Positions 20,239 to 27,050 of a stretch of 32,000 nt of DNA are shown piece after piece (the first letter of the stretch is position 1; the number at the start of each line of letters is the position of its first letter). The position numbers were made by a program, and so were the translations under genes. The notes beneath the pieces are model-generated. The model was not told where the DNA came from and did not search any database. It worked only from the letters and a program-made list of their open reading frames with translations. Origin of the DNA: Methanothermus fervidus DSM 2088 (GTDB lineage Archaea; Methanobacteriota; Methanobacteria; DSM-2088; Methanothermaceae); contig CP002278.1 in the NCBI GenBank assembly GCA_000166095.1, positions 570,001 through 602,000 of the forward strand. Reading direction: 5' to 3'.

Positions 20239-21169
20239 TGATCAAATGTTACCCACATTATCTGCATTCATAGTATCGTTCTTAGCTACATACTTAATAA
20301 TGCCAAAATTGATTAAGAAGTTAAAAAATGCGGAAATTATAGGTAAAGACATACATAAGCCAACAAAACCACTTATTCCAGAAATGGGTGGTTTAGGTAT
20401 CTTATTAGGGTTTTTTTTAGGAGTTTCTATTGCTTATTTTTTATTACCTCATTATCATTTTTTATTGGCTTTAGTGGTTGTATTTTTTGTAGGGATTGTA
20501 GGTGTAATAGATGACCTTGTGAATTTATCTTGGAAAGAAAAAATATTTTTATTATTTTTTTCCTCTTTACCAGTTATCTTCACTTTCCCAAAAACAATTT
20601 TTTATTTAATCTTAATACCTTTAGCATTTATAGTGGTGCCCAATTTAACTAATATGTTAGCAGGGTTAAATGGTCTTGAATCTGGTTTAGGATCAATAGT
20701 AATGTTCTTTATAACAATTGTGTGTGTTATTTTAGGAAAATTTCATGTTACTCCAATATCTGCTGCAATGTTTGGGTCTTTATTTGCATTTTTACTCTAT
20801 AACAAATATCCAGCACGTATTTTTCCAGGAGATGTTGGAACATTGACAATAGGAGCATGTATTTGTGTTGTTGCATTTTTTGGAAATATAGAATTCATCG
20901 TTTTAATTATGCTAATGCCTTATATTATAGATGCCTCACTTAAGTTTTTTTCTGCTGGAATAATGGAAAGATCACAGCATAAACCAACAAAAGTTACAAA
21001 GGATGGATTACTTGTTCTTCCAAAAGAAAGAAATTTTAACTCACTTATTAGGCTGTTATTACTTAAAAAACCTATGAAAGAGAATGAAATTGTTAAAATA
21101 ATATGGGTAATAGAAATAATCTTTTGTATTCTCGCTGTTTTATTAACCTATGCTTATGATTTTGTTTAA
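20231..21169 (+). CDS. UDP-GlcNAc:dolichyl/polyprenyl-phosphate GlcNAc-1-phosphate transferase family (AglH/Alg7-type GT4)
   Basis: A polytopic membrane protein. It has VIDDLVN (DD motif) and NLTNMLAGLNGLESG, which matches the Alg7/AglH-type NxxNxLAGxNGLExG rather than the MraY NxxDGxDGL version. The start is GTG 20231 or ATG 20246. Confidence 0.8.
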   Translation: MSSDQMLPTLSAFIVSFLATYLIMPKLIKKLKNAEIIGKDIHKPTKPLIPEMGGLGILLGFFLGVSIAYFLLPHYHFLLALVVVFFVGIVGVIDDLVNLSWKEKIFLLFFSSLPVIFTFPKTIFYLILIPLAFIVVPNLTNMLAGLNGLESGLGSIVMFFITIVCVILGKFHVTPISAAMFGSLFAFLLYNKYPARIFPGDVGTLTIGACICVVAFFGNIEFIVLIMLMPYIIDASLKFFSAGIMERSQHKPTKVTKDGLLVLPKERNFNSLIRLLLLKKPMKENEIVKIIWVIEIIFCILAVLLTYAYDFV

Positions 21170-21185
21170 TACTCTTCTAAATAAA

Positions 21186-21205
21186 TTTTTATCTTTTTCT
21201 TTTTT
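21186..21205 (+). terminator. oligo-T tracts after the AglH-type gene
   Basis: Three T5-T6 runs (tttttatctttttctttttt) begin 17 nt after the stop. Archaeal intrinsic termination uses oligo-T tracts. Confidence 0.45.
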
Positions 21206-21239
21206 CAGTGCTTTGAAACTTTCGATGATAACTTCTTCA

Positions 21240-21989
21240 CTACTTTTTGATAATTCCCCCCCCCGCAACAATACTGCGAAGCATTTTTGCAAAACTATTT
21301 ATCTTTCTCAAGCCTGCCTCCTTTGAATATTTTATACATTTATCAAAGGATTTTTCTGCATGCTTATACCAACCTCTTCTCAAATTTCTAATTGAATATA
21401 AAAAATATAGGTAAGAGCATGCTTTCTCATCACCTATTGCTTCAGCAATGTTGATAGCCTCTTCCAATGGTAAAATTGATGAATTCCTGTAAAGTTCTAA
21501 ATATTCTTCTGGGATTTTGAGTTCTGAAACTAAATCATCGGCAATTTCTTTTAATTTATCCAATTTAACTTCAATTTTTTTAGAAGAGTCTTCTGGGAAT
21601 TCTTTATACAAACCTCTAATTTTTGAAGCTTCCATTGCTTTTTTTACTCTTTCAACCTCACGAATTTTTTCTAAGACCCTATCCCTATCTTCTCCTTTTA
21701 GATTTTTAAGTAATTGTTTATACAATTCTAGACTCTCATCTACTTTTTTCTGAGTAAAATATATATCAGCTAATGATTCTTGGATGTAATTTTTATATAT
21801 GTTGTCATTAATTTCCTCTGCAATGTCACGTGCTTTAAGGAGATTATCTATAGCTTTCTCAAATTTTTCATCATCAAAGTAATGTTTACTTAATTCACAT
21901 AAAATTTCCATTTCTCTTCTCTTAATTTTAGTTAATTCATCTAAAAGACTTTCAATACTTTTTTTCTTGCCAAATAACTTGCCAATCAT
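21240..21989 (-). CDS. helical-repeat (TPR/MIT-like) protein, partner of the KaiC-like ATPase; function unknown
   Basis: 249-aa ORF whose ATG overlaps the stop of the upstream ATPase gene (ATGA). Predicted all-helical repeats include FEKAIDNLLKARDIAEEIND and ESLELYKQLLKNLKGEDRDRVLEKIREVERVKK. The N-terminus is MIGKLFGKKKS. I recognise no enzymatic motif. Confidence 0.6.
   Translation of the reverse strand: MIGKLFGKKKSIESLLDELTKIKRREMEILCELSKHYFDDEKFEKAIDNLLKARDIAEEINDNIYKNYIQESLADIYFTQKKVDESLELYKQLLKNLKGEDRDRVLEKIREVERVKKAMEASKIRGLYKEFPEDSSKKIEVKLDKLKEIADDLVSELKIPEEYLELYRNSSILPLEEAINIAEAIGDEKACSYLYFLYSIRNLRRGWYKHAEKSFDKCIKYSKEAGLRKINSFAKMLRSIVAGGGIIKK
21256..21264. repeat. C9/G9 homopolymer inside the 3' end of the 249-aa gene
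   Basis: There are nine consecutive C on the + strand, which encode Gly-Gly-Gly on the - strand. I noticed no G:C run of comparable length elsewhere while reading the window. Confidence 0.95.
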
Positions 21990-22666
21990 TTTATTACCAC
22001 GCCTTCTTTTGTTACTTTATATTTCCAACGTTTTTTAAATATTTCAGATGCTAAAGCTTCAACTTCTAACTCGTCGCCAGTTATGTGAATGATATTGTCG
22101 CACAATGCTTTTATCATGTTTTCACTCTTAGTTGCTGCTGAGCCTTCGTGATAACAAATCATGCTTGTGCCTTTAGCAGCTTTCATCCTCATGTTGTATG
22201 TGTACAACATTCTTAAGATACGTTTTTCATCGTTAAAAAGAATTAAATATGATAAAGAATCCATCACAACTCTGACATTTGATTTTACTTTTTGTAAAAT
22301 TAATGATAATTTTAAAATTAAACCAGTTATGTCATTTACTGATACAGAGAAATGATTAGGAAATGATAGTTTTTTTGGTTTTGAAGGTAAAATATCTATA
22401 ACAAATAATTTTCCTTCATTAAAAAAGGTTTCAAAATTGAAACCAAAATCCTTACTACTTTCTGCAATATTTTTCCAGGGAGATTCTGTATTTATCAAAA
22501 TACCTGATTCTCCTGCCTCAAGACCTGAATACAAAAAATGCCATGAGATTAATGTTTTTCCAGTTTTTGGAGGACCATATAATAATGTAGTAGTGCCTCT
22601 TGGAATTAACCCCCCTTCATGTAAAGAATTCATTCCCTGAATACCTATAGGAACTTTGTCAACCAT
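21986..22666 (-). CDS. single-domain KaiC/RecA-superfamily ATPase (COG0467/FlaH-like)
   Basis: I place the start at ATG 22666, 5 nt after AAGGTGGT, giving 226 aa. It has IGIQGMNSLHEGGLIPRGTTTLLYGPPKTGKT (Walker A at 22553-22576), the catalytic-Glu context GILINTES, and Walker B VRVVMDSLS. Confidence 0.85.
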   Translation of the reverse strand: MVDKVPIGIQGMNSLHEGGLIPRGTTTLLYGPPKTGKTLISWHFLYSGLEAGESGILINTESPWKNIAESSKDFGFNFETFFNEGKLFVIDILPSKPKKLSFPNHFSVSVNDITGLILKLSLILQKVKSNVRVVMDSLSYLILFNDEKRILRMLYTYNMRMKAAKGTSMICYHEGSAATKSENMIKALCDNIIHITGDELEVEALASEIFKKRWKYKVTKEGVVIK

Positions 22667-22711
22667 GTAAACCACCTTAAGTAATAATATAATGTAAGAT
22701 ACCATAGATTG

Positions 22712-22723
22712 TACATGCATGTA
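22712..22723. promoter_or_regulatory. perfect 12-bp palindrome TACATGCATGTA upstream of the KaiC-like operon
   Basis: It is self-complementary over 12/12 positions. It lies 46-57 nt upstream of the ATG at 22666 and abuts an AAATAAATAC TATA-like element on the - strand (22721-22730). Confidence 0.3.
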
Positions 22724-22928
22724 TTTATTTGAACAGAGTTTTAAAGATTTGATCTTTGCTTGTGAAATATTGTAGTACACATATAAAAAATTTTCATGCC
22801 GGGGGGAGAAATAAAATGTTATATTGTCTTTACTTAGGATCAGTGTTAATGTCAAAGAATAATTTTAAAACCATAATTATTTTAATTTTTCAAAACGGGA
22901 AAAATTTGATTCAAAAAAAATTTGAGAG

Positions 22929-23564
22929 ATGAGTATGAAAAATAAAAAAATGATTACTATTATTTTAAAAAAATTAAAAGAATTATATCCTGAGAAAATT
23001 AAACAACGAGATCCTTATAAAGTGTTGATAGAAACTATTTTATCACAACGTACAAAAGACGAAAATACAAAAAAAGCATCAAAAAAATTATTCTCTAAAT
23101 ATGATACCATAGAAAAAATTGCTAATGCACAAGAAAAAGATCTTGAAAAATTAATAAAATGTGTAGGATTCTATAGAGTTAAAGCCAAAAGAATTAAGAA
23201 AATATCTAAAATTTTAATAAATAAATATGATGGTAAAGTACCTAAAAATTTAAAAGAACTTCTAAAATTGCCAGGAGTTGGAAGAAAAACTGCTAATTGT
23301 GTGTTAGTTTATGGATTTAATGAGGATGCAATACCTGTAGATACACATGTTCATAGAGTTGCAAATAGAATCGGATTAGTTAATACAAAAACTCCTGAAG
23401 AAACAGAGAAAACCCTCAGGAAAATAATACCAAGAGATTATTGGAAAGAAGTTAACAAATTGTTTGTAGAATTTGGAAAGAATATATGTAAGCCAACTAA
23501 TCCTAAACATGAAAAATGTCCAATAAAAAAATTTTGTAAGTATGTGGAAAATCTAGAAGTTTAA
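22929..23564 (+). CDS. nth: endonuclease III-family DNA glycosylase/AP lyase (HhH-GPD)
   Basis: 211 aa. It has ILSQRTKDE, the HhH LPGVGRKTANCVL with the catalytic Lys, VDTHVHRV with the Asp, and a C-terminal cluster loop C-x6-H-x2-C-x5-C. ATG 22935 is an alternative start. Confidence 0.9.
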   Translation: MSMKNKKMITIILKKLKELYPEKIKQRDPYKVLIETILSQRTKDENTKKASKKLFSKYDTIEKIANAQEKDLEKLIKCVGFYRVKAKRIKKISKILINKYDGKVPKNLKELLKLPGVGRKTANCVLVYGFNEDAIPVDTHVHRVANRIGLVNTKTPEETEKTLRKIIPRDYWKEVNKLFVEFGKNICKPTNPKHEKCPIKKFCKYVENLEV

Positions 23565-25750
23565 GGTTTCAAAGCTGCTATCTTTTTTGCAAAAGATTCT
23601 AAAACTTTTTTAGAAAGACCTTCCACATATTTCATAGAACCAACGCCTTCATGTCCGCCACCGTCTATTGATGCTTCAGGTATTTCTTTTTTAAGTTCAG
23701 AAATAACTTTATTTAAGTTAAAACCCATTTCTTTGTATACAGTTTCTGTAGACCTAACAACAGCAAAATCAGGTCCATAAGCTAATGTAACAATCGGAGT
23801 GTTTTCACCTTTTTTTTGTACAAAATGATCATGCACAAAACCGCATGTTTTACCTGGAGCAGGAAACGTAAATTTATGTGAATATTTTTCAACGTCTAAA
23901 ACATTTAAAATAATACCATTTGGTAATTTACGTGATTTTACATGTGGTAAAGCAGCTTTTAATTGTTCTTTAACTTTTCGTTTATATTCATTGTACACGA
24001 TTTCCACTAATTTTCGTTGTTTATCAAGACCTGAAAATCCTAATAAGGTATCAATTATACCCCTACCATCTCTAAATCTCAAATAGAATGCTTCAAAATC
24101 TAAACATGCTGCAATTTTTTCAAGATCTTTTTTACTATATCCCTTGGATTCTGCAAGTTTTATGTATCTTTCTGCTTCTAAAGATTGTGATCGGTCACCT
24201 ACAGCTGCTATTCCTGGTATATGTAAAATCATGTCTTTTATTTTTGGATTAATCATTTTTGAGATTTCAGATGCTAATGCCCCAGCAGGTATTTCTGAAT
24301 CTCCCCCAACTAAATATGGATTAACATGTACATCCACATAATCATCTACTATAACTTTACCATCAACAACTTCTCCTGGATAATGATGATCCACTACCAC
24401 TGTTTCTAAGTCATATACTTTTGTTTTCATTAAAGAAACCAAGTCTTCCTCTGTGGATCCATTATCTAGTAGAATTAGCAATGGTAACTTTTGGTCGTAC
24501 CTTTCACAATCTTCCAATGCCATAGATAAATCTTTAACTACGTCTTCCAATTCATAAAATGGTGCCTTACTAGGTGATCTTCTGAAACAATGCCATTCTG
24601 CTTCTGGATCTGGATTTATTTTGCGTATTAATGGTAACACTGCTTTTTCAATTGCTACGCCAGCACATATTCCATCTGCATCTGCATGATGTCTAACCAA
24701 TATGGGTCTACCATCAAATATTGCCCGTCTTATTGTTCTTGCTGCATCAACAAGTTTTGGATGAAGTTTATTAAGAACATCGCTCTTTACATATAACTCT
24801 ATGTATTGAGGTTCAGCCCATTTTTCAATAGCTTCATTTATTAATTCTCTTACACGTGTAGCATCTTTACCAATTAATCTTTCCATTGATGCTACTTCTA
24901 TTTGCACTTTACCTCCATGCTGATTAACTGTGCCAATTACTTCAACAATATTACCTGTTTTGATGTGTGGATAGGCTCTTATACCTGGTTCATCAAATGC
25001 AGCTGCCCAAACAGTGTCAGTTTCATCTGCTATTGTGAAGAGTGTAGGTCCTGAAGTCTGCTGTACTTGTATAACTTCCCCCACAACCCTCACAGTTTTA
25101 CCTATTAATTTTTCATTGATATCTTTTGCTTTTGTCCTTTCAATTTCTTTTTTGACTTTAACTATCTCATAAGGTTTAGTAAGGGTTACTGGTTGAAGGT
25201 CAATCTCTCCTTTATGTGGCCTTACATCCAAAACTTTCACAAATACTTTTTGCCCTATTTCATAATTTTGAGGTATTACATCTTTCATTAATCCCCAAAC
25301 ACGATCATTAAGTTTTACAAACACTCCATATCTTTCTATTCTTCCAACTTCTCCTCTATATATTTTTTTAGCTTCAACATCCTCTATATCACATGCAGGA
25401 TGTAAAACATATACTGAAGTCTTTTTTTTACAGTCTGAACAATATTCTAAGCCAGGTTTAATAATTTTTCCACATTTTGGACATACGTTTATTTCACCTT
25501 TGCCTTTACATTTTTTACAAGTTTCTCGCACTTCTATTTCACCTTTACCATCGCATACATCACAGGGAATCCCATGTTCTTCGTCTAAATCAAATTTTTC
25601 TAAAGTATTTTTTGGGATTCCTTTAACATGTTCTTTCACGTTTTCAAAGTCTTTATAACCAGTTCCACCACATGCTTCACAAATCTTATAGTTTACTACA
25701 ATATAACCTTTCCCTTTACATTCTGGACATTTTCTTATCAAAACTTTCAC
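23561..25750 (-). CDS. multidomain DHH/DHHA1 phosphoesterase (RecJ/HAN-like nuclease) with DnaJ-type Zn fingers, S1 and OB domains
   Basis: 729 aa. There are four CxxCxGxG repeats (CPECKGKG, CEACGGTG, CDVCDGKG, CKKCKGKG) plus CPKCG...CSDC. An S1-like segment (YRGEVGRIERYGVFVKL) and an OB-like segment (VRVVGEVIQVQQTSGPTLFTI.DETD) follow. DHH motifs are VRHHADADGICAG, LLDNGS and VVVDHHYP, and the DHHA1 motif is GGGHEGVGS. The GTG at 25750 is embedded in GGAGGTGA, so TTG 25741 (5 nt after that SD) is a plausible true start. Confidence 0.8.
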   Translation of the reverse strand: MKVLIRKCPECKGKGYIVVNYKICEACGGTGYKDFENVKEHVKGIPKNTLEKFDLDEEHGIPCDVCDGKGEIEVRETCKKCKGKGEINVCPKCGKIIKPGLEYCSDCKKKTSVYVLHPACDIEDVEAKKIYRGEVGRIERYGVFVKLNDRVWGLMKDVIPQNYEIGQKVFVKVLDVRPHKGEIDLQPVTLTKPYEIVKVKKEIERTKAKDINEKLIGKTVRVVGEVIQVQQTSGPTLFTIADETDTVWAAAFDEPGIRAYPHIKTGNIVEVIGTVNQHGGKVQIEVASMERLIGKDATRVRELINEAIEKWAEPQYIELYVKSDVLNKLHPKLVDAARTIRRAIFDGRPILVRHHADADGICAGVAIEKAVLPLIRKINPDPEAEWHCFRRSPSKAPFYELEDVVKDLSMALEDCERYDQKLPLLILLDNGSTEEDLVSLMKTKVYDLETVVVDHHYPGEVVDGKVIVDDYVDVHVNPYLVGGDSEIPAGALASEISKMINPKIKDMILHIPGIAAVGDRSQSLEAERYIKLAESKGYSKKDLEKIAACLDFEAFYLRFRDGRGIIDTLLGFSGLDKQRKLVEIVYNEYKRKVKEQLKAALPHVKSRKLPNGIILNVLDVEKYSHKFTFPAPGKTCGFVHDHFVQKKGENTPIVTLAYGPDFAVVRSTETVYKEMGFNLNKVISELKKEIPEASIDGGGHEGVGSMKYVEGLSKKVLESFAKKIAALKP

Positions 25751-25765
25751 CTCCAGAAATACAAA

Positions 25766-25776
25766 TTTTTATAAAA
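25766..25776. promoter_or_regulatory. palindromic TATA-like element TTTTTATAAAA in the 62-bp divergent spacer
   Basis: It is the only strong TATA-like element between the DHH gene (-) and the MFS gene (+). The core TTTTATAAAA is self-complementary. It ends 36 nt before ATG 25813. Confidence 0.3.
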
Positions 25777-25812
25777 GTGAATTTGGTATATACTGTTGAG
25801 AGAGGTGTAGAC

Positions 25813-26976
25813 ATGAATGACGCCAAGAAATTCATAATCCTCATGGGGATCGTAAGTTTATTTGCAGATATGACCTATGAAGGTGCAAAAGGAATTGCAG
25901 GACAATATCTAGCACTTTTAGGTGCAAGTGCTATAATTGTAGGATTTACTGCTGGATTTGGTGAATTGGCAGGATATGCTGTCAGATTTTTATCAGGATA
26001 TTTAAGTGATAAAACATTAAAACATTGGAGTATAACTTTTGTAGGATATTTCATAAATTTGTTTGCAGTGCCTCTTTTAGCATTTGTTAATAGATGGGAA
26101 CTTGCAACAATGCTTCTCATAGCAGAAAGAATAGGAAAAGGCATTAGAACTCCACCTAGAGATGCAATGTTATCTTATGCTACTGCACATACAGGAAGGG
26201 GATGGGGCTTTGGTATACATGAAGCTTTGGATCAAATAGGCGCTGTTCTTGGACCTCTTATCATGTTTACAGTTTTATATTTAAAAGGAAGTTACAAAAC
26301 ATGTTTTATTATTTTAGCATTGCCAGCTATATTATGTATCTCAATTTTAATAATTTCTTATTTTTTATACCCAAAACCTGAAAAACTTGAGATTGAAACA
26401 AAAATTGGTATAAAATCAATGAGTAAAGCATATTGGATATATGTAGCTGCAGCTTCACTAATAGCTCTTGGATTTGCGGATTTTCCACTAATAGCATATC
26501 ACATAAAACAAAATTTTATATTTTCAGATGAAATTATTCCGCTTTTGTTTAGTTTAGCAATGGCTATCGATGGTATATCAGCTTTAATATTTGGAAGAAT
26601 GTTTGATAAATTTGGAATAGTAATTTTAGCTGTATCCATACTTCTATCATCGTTTTTTGCACCTTTAACATTTCTTGGAGGGAGTATTTTAGTAATTATT
26701 GGAATATGTCTTTGGGGAATGGGCATGGGTGTTAATGAATCAATAATGAGATCTATGGTTACAATATTAAGTCCGAAAGAAAAAAGAGGATCAGCATTTG
26801 GAACATTTCACATGATTTTTGGTATTTCATGGTTTATAGGAAGTTTCATCATGGGGTTTTTATATGAGATTTCACTGGTTATTTTAGCCCTCTTTTCTGT
26901 AGCCACTCAGTTATCTTCTCTTATATTCATATATATCTTATATAAGATGAGTTACTCCACAGAGCTTCCTTCATAG
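25813..26976 (+). CDS. MFS-type membrane transporter
   Basis: The ATG at 25813 lies 5 nt after AGGTG, giving 387 aa. It has about 11-12 hydrophobic segments, and the loop motif ERIGKGIRTPPRDA resembles the MFS motif A region. The substrate is unknown. Confidence 0.75.
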   Translation: MNDAKKFIILMGIVSLFADMTYEGAKGIAGQYLALLGASAIIVGFTAGFGELAGYAVRFLSGYLSDKTLKHWSITFVGYFINLFAVPLLAFVNRWELATMLLIAERIGKGIRTPPRDAMLSYATAHTGRGWGFGIHEALDQIGAVLGPLIMFTVLYLKGSYKTCFIILALPAILCISILIISYFLYPKPEKLEIETKIGIKSMSKAYWIYVAAASLIALGFADFPLIAYHIKQNFIFSDEIIPLLFSLAMAIDGISALIFGRMFDKFGIVILAVSILLSSFFAPLTFLGGSILVIIGICLWGMGMGVNESIMRSMVTILSPKEKRGSAFGTFHMIFGISWFIGSFIMGFLYEISLVILALFSVATQLSSLIFIYILYKMSYSTELPS

Positions 26977-27010
26977 AGAAAACTAGCCTAAAGACAGTAT
27001 TCCTAGAGAT

Positions 27011-27046
27011 TTTCTTGTCGATAAAGTTAAAAATTTTAACAAGAAA
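27011..27046. terminator. nested inverted repeats between convergent genes
   Basis: TTTCTTGT (27011-27018) pairs with ACAAGAAA (27039-27046). An inner GTTAAAA-a-TTTTAAC palindrome occupies 27026-27040. The element lies between the MFS stop (26976) and the secreted-protein stop (27051). Confidence 0.35.
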
Positions 27047-27050
27047 TAAT

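Noticed and set aside
22667-22855. The ORF track extends the KaiC-like gene 63 codons upstream (MTLTLILSKDNITFYF...).
   Set aside because: The extension is low-complexity and lacks an SD. Homology to KaiC-like ATPases begins at MVDKVPIGIQG. ATG 22666 is preceded at ideal spacing by AAGGTGGT. The extension also runs through the probable promoter and palindrome region.
22667-22928. The largest intergenic region (262 bp, very AT-rich) was considered as a possible replication origin.
   Set aside because: No ORB or mini-ORB-like repeated elements are visible and no cdc6/orc1 gene is adjacent. The region is adequately explained by two divergent promoters plus a candidate operator.
25672-25812. A 47-codon N-terminal extension of the MFS transporter ORF overlaps the start of the divergent DHH gene.
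   Set aside because: The extension overlaps the opposite gene and the TATA-like spacer. ATG 25813 has an AGGTG SD 5 nt upstream, and the first transmembrane segment begins right after it.
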